The notes: generated by a model not told the origin, from the sequence alone. 64,000 bases of DNA from Octopus vulgaris (GCA_951406725.2 OX597814.1:3038001-3102000); one strand, 5' to 3'. Positions 25,545 to 40,250 are shown, counted from the first letter of the stretch. Numbers and translations: made by a program.

Positions 25545-26145
25545 CAATGAGTGGAGCTGGTAGACGGAAACTTTGAGCAAGACTGTCGTATAAATGTGTG
25601 TGAGTGTGTGTGCGTGTGTGTGTGTTTGTGATTGTGTGAGGGCGTGTGGCTCCCAATCGTAACGTCGTGAGTTCGATCCCCGGCTTCGCGTTGTGTCCTT
25701 GAGCAAGACACTTTATTTCTCATTGATCCATCCACTCAGCTTGCAAGAAATGAGTAGGACCTGTATTTCAAAGGGGCCAGCCTTGTGACGCTTCGTGTCA
25801 CGCTGAATCCCCCTAAGAACTCCGTTAAGGGTTCATATGTCTGTGGAGTGCTCAGCCACTTGCACGTCGATTTCTGGAGCTGGCTATTCCGTTGACTGGA
25901 TCACTTGGAACCCTCGTCGTCGCAACCGACGGAATGTGCTAATTTTTGCACTTGTCCTCCATCACTGCTAGATAACCGGTGTTGGCTGGTTTGCATACGT
26001 CTGCGAAACTTAACGATTCGGCAAAAGACGTCTGATTCAATAAGTAGCAGTTTTAAAATGAGTGCTGGGGTTTATTTGTTTGACTATACTTTTCAGGGTG
26101 GTGCCCCAGCATGGCCGTTGTCCAGTGACTGAAACAGGTAAATCA
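25545..26145 (+). mobile_element. SINE family 2 remnant interrupted by a family 4 copy (~25655-25935)
   Basis: GGTAGACGGAAAC…(TG)n, then the family 4 body, then the family 2 tail …CCCCAGCATGGCC…GACTGAAACA. Confidence 0.65.
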
Positions 26146-26214
26146 ACGAAACAACAAAAGATAAAATTGAATAAGGAACAAAATGGTTTAAGATTCTTTG
26201 TAGACCCCCTCGGT

Positions 26215-26527
26215 GGAGAGGAGAGAGAGAGGGGAGGGATAGAGAGGAAGAGAGAAAGGAGGGGAGAGATAGAGAGGGAGGGAGAGGAGGGGAAAGAGAA
26301 TGACAAAGAGGGGGAGAGGGGAGAAGGAGAAAGATAGGGAGAGAGAGCGAGGAGGGAGAGAGAAAGAGAGGGAGAGAGCGAGGGAGAGAGAAGGAGAAAG
26401 TGAGGGAGAGAGAAGGAGAAAGTGAGGGAGAGAGAGGGAGAGAGAGAAGTAGAGAGACAGGGAGAGAGAGAAGGAGAAAGTGAGGGAGAGGGGGGAGAGG
26501 GAGAGAGAGAGAGAGAGAGAGAGAGAT
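26215..26527. repeat. ~310 bp polypurine (GA-rich) tract
   Basis: Almost exclusively G and A on the + strand. Confidence 0.9.
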
Positions 26528-26649
26528 GAAATGTTTACTGAAACCACTTTCTCGTTCGTTCGTTGTTTCGACGCCATTTTTTGCTTCCTCGTTGCAAACT
26601 AGTTTATTCTCACTTGTAAATATTTCCTACTTACTATTTACCAACGTGA

Positions 26650-26972
26650 AGGCGCGTGGCTTAGTGGTTAGGGCATTCGGTTCAAGATCGTAAGGTCGTG
26701 AGTTCAATTCCCAGCGACGCGTTGAGTCCTTGAGCAAAGACACTTTATTTCACTTTGCTCCAGTCCACTCAGGTGGAAAAAATGAGTAGTACCTGTATTT
26801 CAAGGGGCCAGCTTTGTCACACTGTATCACACTGAATCTCCCTGGGAACTACGTTAAGGGTACACACACATGTCTGTGGAGTACTCAGCCACTTGCATGT
26901 TAATTTCAAGAGCAGGCTGTTCTGTTGATTGTATCAGCTGGGACCCTCGTCATCGTAACCGACGGAGTGCTC
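26650..26972 (+). mobile_element. SINE family 4 variant, full length
   Basis: GGCGCGTGGCTTAGTGG A-box, GAGTTCAATTC B-box, shared tail ending CGTAACCGACGGAGTG. Confidence 0.85.
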
Positions 26973-27799
26973 CTTAATTTAGCAACACAGATATCTACTA
27001 CTTTTCTTAACTCATATTTGATACTAGTAATAATTGATTTGTATTAGATGATTGCAATTATGATTATCTGAACAGGTAGATATATCAAGCTACCTGTTTG
27101 TGAAAAATGTTCTGTCATATACTGTGGTGTTAATTTGTGTTGTTGTTGTTGTTGTTGTTGTTGTTGCTGAAAAAGTTGAGGACCATGATGTTGATGATGA
27201 TCATCATCAGCATCATAATAGCATGTTGCCCCAGGTCTACCTTTGGTACCAGAGTGGTCGATCAAACGACATCTCATGACCACTGTGTCTCTATTCTTAG
27301 TATTGTTTAGTATTGCTGAGTATTGTTATATCAATCGTACGTGAATTGTCGGATCAACTACAAGACACGATCTGTCATTGATGTGTAATCCCTGAGTCAT
27401 TGTAATGTCACGAGGATGGTTAATAAATCAACAAGGTTCGATTTTGTTTCATCGTTCGACCAATGTCCCTGCTGTGAAGTTCCCGTTTCATTATCAAACC
27501 ACATGTGGTAGCTTAGAACCACATGATTACAAGTCGTGAGTTCGGTAGCGTGATTAGCTGGTCGACTGATCATATAGAACGGCTCTCCGTGACACATGTA
27601 TACATGTATATCTACATGTTACATTGACACAACGTGGTACAAAGGCAACACATATTGCTGCCATCCTTCCTCTCATTCACTAGCCTTCTTTAAAACAAGA
27701 TGGCCGACTTTACCCTCATGTAACTCTGTCAAGTCCGGAGCTAAGCTTATTCTGTATTACATTACATTACATTATATTATATTATACACACTCACAAGC

Positions 27800-28163
27800 A
27801 TATATGTATGAATGTATGCATGTATGTATGTATGTATGTATGTATGTATGTGTGCATGTATGTATGTATGTATGTATGTATGTGTGCATGTATGTATGTA
27901 TGTATGTGTGCATGTATGTATGTATGTATGTGTGCATGTATGTATGTATGTATGTATGTATGTATGTATGTATGTATGTATGTATGTATGTATGTATGTG
28001 TGCATGTATGTATGTATGTATGTATGTATGTATGTATGTATGTATGTGTGCATGTATGTATGTATGTATGTATGTGTGCATGTACGTATGTATGTATGTA
28101 TGTATGTATGTATGTATGTATGTATGTATGTATGTATGTATGTATGTATGTATGTATGTATGT
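27800..28163. repeat. (TATG)n array with periodic TGTGCA interruptions
   Basis: Seen directly. Confidence 0.95.
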
Positions 28164-28879
28164 GGTAGTATTAATTTTAGTAGATCATGTAGCCATCCGT
28201 CTGCGTAATATTTTAAAGTTGATTGAGTGCTACTTGATGGATATCTAACTCTTGTTTTCACCAGATCACGTCATTTAATGCTAACTTCCTCGTTAGATTT
28301 TGTAAATAAGGACATATGAACTGAAGAAAGCTCTTGGATTATGGGGACGATCCATAAGTGTATATAAGCGTAGCGCCGTCCCAGGTGACATTACGTGACA
28401 ATATGATCAACAACAACAACAACAGAGTCCTCAACTTCTTCAACAACAACAAGTTCATCATCAGCATCAGCAGCAACAACACAAATTAGCAATACAATAT
28501 ATGATAGAACACTTTTGTCACTTTGAAAACTCTATATTTCGAACCGGAATCTGGTCGAACGATTATTCTGTTCTGATGAAGGAAAATAACCCGGAAATCG
28601 CGATAAACAGATACAGTTTTGAGCTGAGTGGGGGGGGTGCTATATTCCCTTGTTCGAAAATATAAGAACACAGATCGTGTCGTATAGCCAGCTGGAGAAG
28701 ATATCTCCTGGGTCTAAATTACAGCAACATTCGTCCTAAACCAGGACGCATTGTTATGTTAGCAAGCAATCTTTACTACAAAATATTAAATATACTCTAG
28801 TTATAATTTAACTCCACGTTATATTTTGTAATAAAACTATGACTTCATTCGTTCTTATAAAACCCTTTCTATTTACAAG

Positions 28880-29430
28880 AGCCACAACGCTTGAAATTTA
28901 GGGTAAAGGGGTAGTCGATCATATATGGTGCCAGTACTGGGTGGTATTTATTTTATCGACCCAGAAAAGATAAAATCGGCCTCGGCGGAATTTGAACTGA
29001 GAACATCGTGAGTATGGATGAAATACCTATTTCTTTACTACCCACAAGGGGCTGAACATAGAGGGGACAAACAAGGACAGACAAACGGATTAAGTCGATT
29101 ACATCGACCCAAGTGCGTAACTGGTAATTTATTTATCGACCCCGAGAGGATGAAAGGCAAAGTCGACCTAGCCGGATTTGAACTCAGAACGTAACGGCAG
29201 ACGAAATACCTATTTCTTTACTACCCACAAGGCTAAACACAGGGACAAACAAGAGACAACGGATTAAGTCGATTACATCGACCCAAGTGCGTAACTGGTA
29301 CTTTATTTATCGACCCCGAGAGGATGAAAGGCAAAGTCGACCTCGCCGGAATTTGAACTCAGAACGTAACGGCAGACGAAATACCGCTAAGCATTTCGCC
29401 CAGCGTGCTAACGCTTCTGCCAGCTCGCCA
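28880..29430 (-). mobile_element. SINE family 1 trimer (two tail-A bodies plus an older tail-B body)
   Basis: Junctions at ~29027 and ~29210; the distal unit is clearly more diverged. Confidence 0.85.
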
Positions 29431-29829
29431 AGCATTTCTCCCGATGTGGGAACCGTTCTGAAAGCACACCACCTTAGTTACGTCTTTACATAATAATCCT
29501 TTCTACTATAGGCAGAAGGCATGGATTTTTGTGGGGAGGGGCACAATCGCTTACATCGACCCCTCGGCGAAATTTGACCTCGGAACGTAGCGGCAGATGA
29601 AATGTTGCTCAGCATTTCTTCCGACGTACTAAAGATTCCGCCAGCACGCCACATTAATTATGTTTTTATATAAGACAAACTAAATATATGAACCAAAAAA
29701 TAATGCTTATGGCCATTAACTAAATCACCCTAACTTAACTATTTCATGCAGATATCACCATCTGTAATTTATTCTCCAAAGAACTTTAGTTTTCTACGCT
29801 AACCAGTGAATAATATTTCGCATTTGTTA

Positions 29830-30230
29830 AGGCGGTGAGCTGGCAGAATCGTTAGCACGCCGGGCGAAATGCTTAGCAGTACTTCGTTTGTTTCTACATT
29901 CTTAGTTCAAATTCCGCCGAGGTCGACTTTGCCTTTCATCCTTTCGGGGTCGATTAAATAAGTACCAGTTACGCACTGGGGTCGATGTAATCAACTTAAT
30001 CCGTTTGTCTGTCCTTGTTTGTCCCTTCTGTGTTTAGCCCCTTGTGGGTAGTAAAGAAATAGGTATTTCGTCTGTCTTTACGTTCTGAGTTCAGATTCCG
30101 CGGCGATCGACTTAACCTTTCATTCTTTTAGGGTCGATAAATTAACTACCAGCTGAGTACTGGGGTCGATCTAATCGACTGGCCCCCTCCCCAAAAATTT
30201 TGGGCCGTGTGCCTAGAGTAGAACAGAATA
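29830..30230 (+). mobile_element. SINE family 1 dimer
   Basis: Junction AAAGAAATA|GGTATTTCG at ~30061. Confidence 0.88.
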
Positions 30231-30374
30231 TTTTGCATTTGTTTATGATTTTTTTCGCCAACTTTTGTCAAGTCCATTGGAATTATCATTTTCTGGGAGA
30301 TATAAAAATAACCAAAATATGTCACCAATTGCGAAGGGTTAATATTGCTTTTCCTCACCGTATCATTTTTAAAA

Positions 30375-30790
30375 TCTTTTACTTGTTTCAGTCATTAGAA
30401 TGCGGCCATGCTGGAGCACTGCCTTGAAGAATTTTAGTCAAGCGACTCCACCCCAGGACCTTTTTTTTATTTTTTAAAGCGTGGTACTTATTCTATCGGT
30501 CCATTTTGCCGCATTGTTAAGGTGCGGGACATAAACAAACCAACACCGGTTGTCAAGCGGTGGTGGGTGACAAACACAGGGACAAAGACATACGCACGCA
30601 TGCGTACACACACACACACACACACAGACTTGACAGGCTTCTTTGATTCCGTCTACCAAATCCACTCACAATACTTTGATCGGCCCAAGGCTATCGCAGA
30701 AGACAGTTTGCCTAATGTGTCACGCTGTGGAACTGAACCTGTAACCATGTGGTTAAGAAGCACAGCTTCTTACCACACAGCCATGCCTTC
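30375..30790 (-). mobile_element. SINE family 2, diverged copy
   Basis: Homology to the 38139-38545 copy. Confidence 0.78.
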
Positions 30791-30841
30791 ACCTATATAA
30801 TTATTTCTAATTAACATCTATCATATTCCCAACCTTATATT

Positions 30842-31050
30842 CTTCTTTTATTCTTTTACTTGTTTCAGTCATTTGACAGCGGCCATGCTGGAGCACCGCC
30901 TTTAGTCGAGCAAATCGAACCCGGGACTTATTCTTTGTAAGCTCAGTACTTATTCTATCGGTCTCTTTTGCCGAACCGCTAAGGACGGGGACGTAAACAC
31001 ACCAGCATCAGTTGTCAAGCAATGCTAGGGGGACAGACACAGACACACAA

Positions 31051-31081
<31 letters not shown>

Positions 31082-31250
31082 CATATATACGACAGGCTTT
31101 TTTCAGTTTCCGTCTACCAAATCCACTCACAAGGCATTGGTGGGCCCGAGGCTATAGCAGAAGACACTTGTCCAAGATGCCACGCAGTGGGACTGAACCC
31201 GGAACCATGTGGTTCGTAAACAAGCTACTTACCACACAGCCACTCCTGCG

Positions 31251-31252
<2 letters not shown>
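30842..31252 (-). mobile_element. SINE family 2, young full copy
   Basis: Near-identical to the reverse complement of 38139-38545. Confidence 0.9.
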
Positions 31253-31331
<79 letters not shown>

Positions 31332-31994
31332 ATAATAATATATAATATATATATAATAATAATAATACTTAACTCGTTATTCAAATGCTATAGTGAAGAT
31401 TTGCAACCCATGGCATAAAAAGGCAGGACTAAATATTAAGTTAGTGAAAGGCCTGACATGTTGAAATTAGAGTTCCATGGCGACGTCGTTTCCCTGACCA
31501 GCTTGACCAGATTGACCAGTTTGCTCTTATCTTACTTTAAGAAATGATTTCCCAGCTCAGAGGTTAGCAGTACTCGATCCCAAATTGATATACGTTCGCT
31601 ACGAAGTCTCTGTAGTAATTAACTTCTGAATCGTGTTTCTCAATAATTGCACAAAGATAAGACAAGCCAGAAAACAATAGGAAAGAAACCAACGCCGTTC
31701 CTTCTATGTTTATTTTAGATTAGATTGTTGAAGTAAGTAATGAGATTATTGTTGTTCATTTTTCTCTATCTGATCATGTTTTCAGTCGCTGTTGAGCTGG
31801 CGGAGTCGTTAGCACCTCGGATAAAAACGCTGAGCAGGTTTCCTTCCGGCTCTTAAGATTCGGAGTTCAAATCCTGTCGAGGTCAACTTTACTTTTCTTT
31901 TTTCTTTTTTACAGAGTCTACAGAATAAACTACTAGCCAAGAACTGGGGTCGATTTAATCGGCTGCCCTTCCCCTCAAAACTGTCCTCTTTTCA

Positions 31995-32272
31995 ACTGCG
32001 GGGTCACTCCGAAAAGCTCTATCTGCGACGATTTCATCTCAATCGAAAGAGAGGGGCTTTCTCCGTCCGGGTTGCGGATCCGTGGAATAAGCTGCCGGAA
32101 GGGAGATAGTGAGGATGCCGACTACCGCTCGGTTCAAAGTCTCCCTTGACCACAAGTGGCCTGAACTCTTTACATGAACACCACCCTGTACATAACTCCA
32201 TGTCCCCCTACATGGCCTTGCTTTTTGCTTTTTGAGCCAAAGAATTAACTTAACTTAACTTAATTTAACTCT
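31995..32272 (+). mobile_element. CR1-group LINE 3' end with (TTAAC)n tail
   Basis: FSVRVADPWNKLPE…RFKVSLD matches the CR1/L2 C-terminal FSxRVxxxWNxLP…FKxxLD; short tandem-repeat tail at 32244-32270. Confidence 0.75.
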
Positions 32273-32454
32273 GTTACCGACTGGCCGGCGTTCCATCCAG
32301 GATTATGTTGTGATCTTGGTCACGTATAACCACCCGTATGAAACAGGTAACCACCCTTATGAAAGTGTGACCATGCTGGAGCACCGCCAATTTAATCACC
32401 TTTTCAAAGATCGATCTTATGAGATTGGTTTTTGGTGAAGGAGGACGTTCATCA

Positions 32455-33700
32455 GTTGTCTCAACACCCAGACATAATGCAGCGAAAAGCTGCATAAGAC
32501 AACTTCTTTCTGAGCGGATATAATGCTGGGTGTCAGGAAACAAGTCATTATCTTCGAGAAACGCGAACAGTTTCCTCCTCACAATCAGTTCCATAACTTT
32601 GCTGACATTGGTTGTTAGAGAGACAACTCTATAAATTTTAGCAGCTGCTTTGCTACCTCCCTTATGGATAGGGTATAGAATGCCTTCCTTTAACTTTTTG
32701 GGAAGTCTCCCAGTTGCGAGAAGCCCTGGAAGAGAATCTGTAGTGGTCTTGCTAGATACCCTTTGCATTTCTTCAGGAGGATTGCTGGAAATCCATCGGG
32801 GCCTTTGGCTGAGTTCGAAATCATTTCATGAATGGCTGATGTTGCATCTGTATTTTTCTGTTGGTTTGGCATTTTCTCTGGAGCAAACTTACTGCAGATA
32901 TCATGCATGATTGTCAGACAATGCTGTAGCTTTATGCCAATATCTTGCGTAGAGAGACTGGCAGACCAGTTTTGTCCCATGAACTCTTTCTCAACACTCT
33001 TCCAGTCATCCTTATGAAAGTTCAGACTGGAGAGGAATTCTAATGGTCTGCACGTCAGCAGTTTTTTGCGGACCATACATAATTGTATTAAGTTATGATC
33101 CGAGGGAGTCATGGGTGTCACCTTAACATTATTGATGAGTATCACGTTATTTGTGAGGTAAAATGAAGAGCTTGCTTGTGAGGTTGAGCAGAGATTCTAC
33201 TTGTCTCTGTTCATGAAGTGACATACATTTGAGAAGGCAGCCTTCAGGTCATTCAACATTAGGGAGGTTGAAGTCTCCTAAAAGAAGTATGTAGAAGTCA
33301 TCAACGTTGGTTAACACTTCTTCCATCTTTTTGAGGCTGTCTTCGAATGATTCCCTATGATTTAGAGCATCTTGTGGGTGTTATGTAGGACACATCACCA
33401 TTTTCATGTTTAATGTGTATCACCAGAGTATCACAGACTGAGTTGAGTGTGACAGCATGACTGCAGGCGTGACATCATTCCGGTTGCACATTGCAATTCT
33501 ACCATGAGTCCTTTCTCTCCTGTCAGTTCGCAACACAGCTTACTTTAATAAGTATATTTCAGCATCCGACACATCAGCGTTCCGATGTGTTTCAAAAGTG
33601 CCGCGCATATTGCTTGTCTACAGGTCACTGAATCTCTCACGTTTGGGGTTTTGCGTTGGTGGGACATTACAAGGTCCCCTGATGTTCAACAGGAATACTA
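32455..33700 (-). pseudogene. CR1/Jockey-group LINE ORF2 fragment (APE endonuclease plus RT N-terminus), frameshifted
   Basis: LLNIRG, LLLGDFNLP and SDHNLI (APE); AKGPDGFPAILLKKC…PIHKGGSK…YRVVSLT..VSKVME…QH..RS.RSCL (RT). Confidence 0.88.
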
Positions 33701-35276
33701 GGGCGACATGTACTGTGTTGGTAGTGATCATTGGTCTGACATACGTATAGGTGTAAGAGGTGACCACCCTGACTCTTTTGTTGTTTGGGTTGGTCTTGTT
33801 TCTCAGAGGATGTTTGTTTAATCATGTATCCTAGAGGTTGCTATTTGCTTACGACTAACATTATTCGCTGGTTTATGTTACCGTATTGTATGACATTATT
33901 AACAATGAAATCACAACTTGTGGTTGCTTTGATATCGTAGATTATGCTTAATTGCATGTCAGCGTCGTGACAAATCCGACAGGTATTTCTCAGATATAAC
34001 ATGTCATCGCCAGAAGAATATTCTGAAAAAAGGGGAAAGACAACTCGGTGACGTCATGGTGAGTTGGTGTGTGAAAGATTTCTAGGTGAGAAGTCGAGGG
34101 TTCGAATCATGGTTTGTTTTACTGCTACCGTGTTACGCTCACGGTCAAACATTTACATACTAATCTCTTTCTCTCTCGCTCTCTTTTCCTTTCTCTCTCC
34201 CCCTCCCCCTCTCTCCCCTCTCTCTCTAGCTATAAATATCAATAGTTAACAAAAACTAACGAGGCGAGCTGACAGAAACATTAGCATATCGGACGAAATG
34301 CATAGTTGCATTTCTTCCGGTTCTTTGCTTCCTGAATTCAAGTCTCACCAAGGTCGTCTTTACCTTTCATCCCTTAGGGGTCCATAGAATAAAGAACCAG
34401 CCAAGCACTAGGTACGATGTAATCGACTAATCCTTCTCCTCTAAAACTCTGTGGCTTTGATCCCTGCAAACTAACCGGTGTCCAGTTAAGGGAGAATGTT
34501 TTGATGTCAGGCACTTACATGCCACAGAAACTGGGCGATCGGCCTTACGTGCCACAGGACTCGAGAAAAATAACAAGCAAACATGAGAATCACTAAGCTC
34601 TGCAATCAGTCATGTATTTGACCCTAGCCCCTTGCCTTTTATATATTATGAATTAGTCCTCGCTTATACATACATTCGAAACTGAAAACTTTTACCATAA
34701 AAATCAACATGTATTGTGTGGAGAACGCCTTAGAGGCACCACCTAGGTTATTTGTGGTTTCTCTGATTTTGACACGTGAAGTGGATCATGAATTTATATT
34801 ATTATTATATCTCTGTACGAAACGATCGTCTGCAAGAATTAAACGTTTTATAAATTTTAACAATTTCTCTCCTCCATTTTTAAAAAAAGTTGATGGGATT
34901 TATGGAACTCATGCCATGAATTCATCATACATTATACACAAGTACTACTTTCGTACCTTCGCAAATTTACGCATGTAAACTCCCAGCAAAGTATGAAGAA
35001 TCCACATTGGAAACGTCCAATTAAAGGATGAATCCACATTCAACCTTTATACACACACACACACACACACATATGTATATATAAAAATTAGCTACAGGAT
35101 ATCCAGAGGTAATGCAGTACGATCGTTTCAAGCGACTCCATTTAATTGAACAATGCAATCATTACATCAATTTAAATGCAGAACAATCCTCAGCTGCATA
35201 AATACATAAAATTAAATTAAATTAAAACAGATGGACACATTACTATAATTTTACCTAACACATATATATATATATG

Positions 35277-35406
<130 letters not shown>

Positions 35407-35427
35407 TATATATACATATATATATGT

Positions 35428-35826
35428 GAAGGGTGGCTATAAAGTCACACACCGTCCTGTAATATGTGAAATTGATAACATTCTCGTGTTTTTTTATCTC
35501 TTTTCCCAACTGCTGATATTACTCACAAACCAATCCTCACTGGATGGAGACAGCAAATCAACAAGACGTGGGCAACGTAATGGTGTGGTATGAGATTTAG
35601 CACAATTAACTAATTGGACCATTTTATTTTAAGGACTCTGTGACAGGTGATTCGCATGTGAACATGCTTGGCAACAAGATAATGCTTCACGTGCCTTCAC
35701 GTGGAAGGGTTACAATCACCTCTGCTGGTATTACAGTTGAATCGTTGTTCTAAAATGTTTATTGTAGCAGTTTTGTTTTGCATCTTACTGTATGGAATAC
35801 ATTATATAAATTTACAGACAGAGAGA

Positions 35827-35875
<49 letters not shown>

Positions 35876-35945
35876 GGGAAATGCTGTGTGCGTTTGAGCG
35901 TAAACTTCTAAAACGTAAATTCAAGGTGGGGACCAATTTCGTTTT
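35428..35945 (+). pseudogene. Internally deleted Tc1/IS630-like transposase remnant
   Basis: 35575-35690 gives NVMVWY…LIGPFYFKDSVTGDSHVNML, resembling VxVWxG…IIGPxFF…VTGxxYxxML. Confidence 0.45.
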
Positions 35946-36484
35946 CCATTTTAATGTTGTTCCTTATTCAAGTTTATTTTAAGGCAATAAATATTTTTCT
36001 TTTGAAATTTAGTAATTTTTTAAACATTTTATGTAGAAATTTGATAAAGATTAAATTATAATTATTGCATATAGGCCATATTTCCTGATATTACTGACGA
36101 TGGCAAAAGTATACATCTAAAGTTGGCATTCCTATGACGGGTAACATTCTAATGGATTTCATAAAAGAGCTACACCGAATTTCCTGTTTTCAATTTAGCA
36201 AATGATCGAAACATCAAGCTGGTAGAATTATGAGAGCATCGGACTCACTGACTGTCGGTACTCTTCTAATTTTATAATTTCTGAGTTCAGTTCGGCTTCT
36301 CCTTTTATCCCTGTTGGATCGATAAAATAAAGTACGACTCAAAGGCAAGGGTCGATTAAATTGACCAAGCCCCTTCCCTCAAAATTATTAGCCTTGAGCC
36401 TAAAGTAGAAACAATTTAGCTGTCGATAGAAAGATGAAGTACAGAATAGGCAGAGGAGAGAGAGTGAGGTGAACAGCTTGGCTT

Positions 36485-36872
36485 CTCAACCACATAGTTC
36501 TTGGTTCAGTCCCGCTACGTGGCACCTTGACCAAGTGTCTCCTATTTTAGGCTCGGGTCGACCAAAGTCGTGTGAGGGGATTTGGTAGACAGAAACTGAA
36601 AGAAGCCCATCGTGTGTGTGTGTGTGTGTGTGTGTGAGTGTGTGTGTGTGTGTGTGCGTGTGTGTGTGTGTGTATTTCTTTGTGTCTCTGTTCGTCCCGC
36701 ACCAGCATCCGACAGCCGATATTGGTGTGTTCACATCACCGTAACTTAACGGTTCAGCAAAAGAGATGACGGAAGAAGTACCAGACTTTAAAAATATATC
36801 GGGTTTGGTTCATTCGATTAAAACATTCTTGAGAACGGTACCCCAGCATGGCCACAGTCTACTGACTGAAAT
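36485..36872 (+). mobile_element. SINE family 2, diverged copy
   Basis: Homology to the 38139-38545 copy. Confidence 0.78.
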
Positions 36873-37519
36873 TTGTTTAAAAGTATGTTAACGAGAGAAG
36901 GTGTCTGAGTAACTAACAAGAAAGAATCTGTGAGATTCTAAAACTAAAATAAAGACATCTTTTTATATTTGATTATTTAATTCAGGGATGTTTGACAGCA
37001 GCTATATTTTTGAGAACTTCTGGAGTCTTTGTCCGAGCGCTTGGAAGAGAGTAAACCCTACTAAAGACAAGCAAAGGCTATGTGAAAGCGATAGACCAGG
37101 GCAGAGATTGAAGTCTTCCACCCAAAAGGAACAGTCCATGCCACAGGTTTTTACAATCCAGAATTCGTGAGATTGAACACGGAACAACGGAGTGGCAAAG
37201 TGATCTCCTTAACCACACAACCATCCCTGGAACATTGTCGGAAAGATACGATATTGGAGCGAAAATGATGCTCTGATTTTTGTGACAACAGTGTTTTGGT
37301 AAATTTCACTCTACATCCCATGTCTGTGGTGGTGAGGGAAGGGAAGTTGTAGAGGGTGTTATGGGTTCTTCAGTGTTCTTGGAAATAACGAATTCCTAAT
37401 TTGCAGATTTTAGCTTTTGTTTGGTATCTTAACGAATCAAAGAACAGACCATTCTGTTGAACAGAAGTCAGCTTTTCATTGAAGAAGTGGCCATCTATAG
37501 AAGATCGTAGATGAGTAGT

Positions 37520-37581
<62 letters not shown>

Positions 37582-38138
37582 TGATGATGATGAGGAGGAG
37601 GAGGAGGATAATGATAATAATAATACTAACTGGTTAATAAATGGTTAATGTTACATCCCTTACTTAAGACCAGTTCTGTCTGGGAATTTATCTGCTAATT
37701 CTAGCGAATCCCAGTAGATTTCCAATTAATCCGATATTAATGAGCTTGAGCATCGAAGTTGTCCAAATCTGGAAATAATACATCATTAACAATCGTATTT
37801 TCTGGAATTAAACATCTTAAGAATATTGTTATTGAGACAGGATTTGATGAGATCCAACACCAAGAGAACTTTGTGCTCGCTGTCATATCTGCCAAAAAAT
37901 GGTTTAGTGAGATGGGAAGAGTAAAGTTCATGGAATCTGCGCGACCCACGATGCTTATGGTGCGGGAAGCGAGGCACAAACCTGAATGCATTGAACACTG
38001 CGATAGAAAACCTCACCTAATGGCATCTTCAGACTCTACACCTTCTCCGAATACCATAAACAGTGTGAACTCTGCTAGGGAGGCATCAGAGAGGCCAGGC
38101 CTTGGTCATAGACAGCGACATATTAAGTCTAACGACAG

Positions 38139-38545
38139 GTGCAGGAGTGGCTGTGTGTTAAGTAGCTTGTTTACCAACCACATGGTTCCGGGTTCAGTCC
38201 CACTGCGTGGCACCTTGGGCAAGTGTCTTCTACTATAGCCTCGGGCCGACCAAAGCCTTGTGAGTGGATTTGGTAGACGGAAACTGAAAGAAGCCCGTCG
38301 TATATATGTATACATATGTATGTGCGTGTATGTGTGTGTGTCTGTGTTTATCCCCCTAGCATTGCTTGACAACCGATGCTGGTGTGTCTATGTCCCCGTC
38401 ACTTAGCGGTTCGGCAAAAGACCGATAGAATAAGTACTGGGCTTACAAAGAATAAGTCCCGGGGTCGAGTTGCTCGATTAAAGGCGGTGCACCAGCATGG
38501 CCGCAGTCAAATGACTGAAACAAGTAAAAAGAGAAAAAAGAGAGA
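38139..38545 (+). mobile_element. SINE family 2, young full copy (tRNA-like head, CORE-like GCACCTTGGGCAAGTG, internal microsatellite)
   Basis: Reference copy; more than 10 homologs in the window. Confidence 0.9.
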
Positions 38546-38763
38546 ATATAGACGCCGGCGTGGCATAAATGCCGGTGAGGATGTATGGTAAGAAACTTTT
38601 TTCCCAACCACATGTTTCAGGGTTCAGTCCCACTGCATGGCAGCTTGGGTAAATGTCTTCTACTATAGAATCGGTCTCTAAGATGGAAACTGAATGATAC
38701 TCGTCATATGTATGTGTGTATGTGTGTGTGTGTGTGTGTGTTGTGTGAGTGTGTGTGTGTGTT

Positions 38764-38798
<35 letters not shown>

Positions 38799-38801
38799 GT
38801 T

Positions 38802-38864
<63 letters not shown>

Positions 38865-39029
38865 AACTGGGTTACCAGAGGTTTCGTATAGTAACGCTTG
38901 CGTGCAGACTATTCCACTGTCATTACCAGCAACATCCCCCCCCACCGTCACCACCTTTCAACAACAATCACACCCGTTCGCTGCTGAGCGTACATTGAAT
39001 ATATACTCATTGCATGGACTTTTAGCTTT

Positions 39030-39152
39030 CGCTCGTTTCAGTCATTAGACTGTGGCCATGCTGGGGCACGGTCTTGAAGAATTCTTCAGTCGTCCGAATC
39101 GACCCCAGTACTTACTTTTTGTCAGGCGGTGGTGGACAAACTTAAACACAAA

Positions 39153-39188
<36 letters not shown>

Positions 39189-39375
39189 ATTTGATTGCAA
39201 GTCATACTTGAGAGGTTCTAGTCGAAGAAATCGGCTTCAGGACTTATTTCTTAAGCCTAGATACGGGGACGTTGACACACCAACACCGGTTGTCAAGTGG
39301 TGATCGGGGTTTACAAACACCGACACAAAGACACTCACACATAGATATATACATACATACATATATAATGCATAA

Positions 39376-39423
<48 letters not shown>

Positions 39424-39442
39424 ATATATATATATATAAATA

Positions 39443-39478
<36 letters not shown>

Positions 39479-39660
39479 TGTATGTATGAATGTATGTATG
39501 TATGTATGCATATATACCCGTCTAACAAATCCATTCAGAAGTCTTTGATCGGCATGAGGCTATCGTAGAATACACTTGCCCAAGATGGCACGCAATGGTA
39601 CCTGAACCTGGTACCATGAAGTTGGCAAGCAAGCTTCTTACCACATAGCCACACCTGTGC
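39030..39660 (-). mobile_element. SINE family 2 remnants with expanded internal microsatellite
   Basis: Tail at 39033-39075, head at 39520-39660. Confidence 0.65.
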
Positions 39661-39994
39661 CTATATATATATATATTATTATTATTATTATTATTGTTTT
39701 TTTGTATTATTTTTGTATTTATATTCGTGTAACATCGTCCGTTTTTCCGTCCTTGTTTCGTATACATTCGAAGCTTTTTTCCAAGGAATCTAATGCTCTT
39801 AGCTTAGTTTTTCCTTGGGGCTGGCCAGATTGGAGCAATCTCAAGATTAATCAGCCGAAATTGCGAGGATGATCCGGTTCTTGACTGAAGATTAAAGGCT
39901 TCGAATGACCCGTCCGTGTTTTTTGCATCACCTTCTGGATGTTTTGCGTTCTTGTCCCATTTTGTATACATATATATATATATATATTCAAAAC

Positions 39995-40250
39995 ATGGTA
40001 ATTTCTTGATTCTTACATGGCCCGTCATCTTCTTTCCTATTGTTATCTCGCAAGTCTTTGCGCTTAGTGATGCTGGTGTCTGCATCCGGTACCGTGCAAC
40101 AAGAAAGCTTTTCAACATCCGTCGTTTTACTGCAGTAATAAAAACTTCCATGGCTTCTCATTGGGGAATTCCTTTACTCTGGATATTGTGATCTTGTAAC
40201 CGACACAGAGGAAGACTTGCACAAGCTAATGGACTGTTTTTCGGAACGCG
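39995..40250 (+). pseudogene. RTE-clade reverse transcriptase fragment around the catalytic motif
   Basis: AGVCIRYRATRKLFNIRRF…KT…EFLYS..CDLVTDTEEDLHKLMDCFS resembles RTE GVxIRYRxDGxLFNLRR…LFADDCAL…EEDLQxLMDxFS. Confidence 0.8.

Noticed and set aside
37737-38130. 159 aa (+) and 84 aa (-) ORFs in non-repetitive sequence, with faint resemblance to a Helitron helicase
   Set aside because: No convincing motif, and the + ORF runs into a SINE; a homology search is needed.
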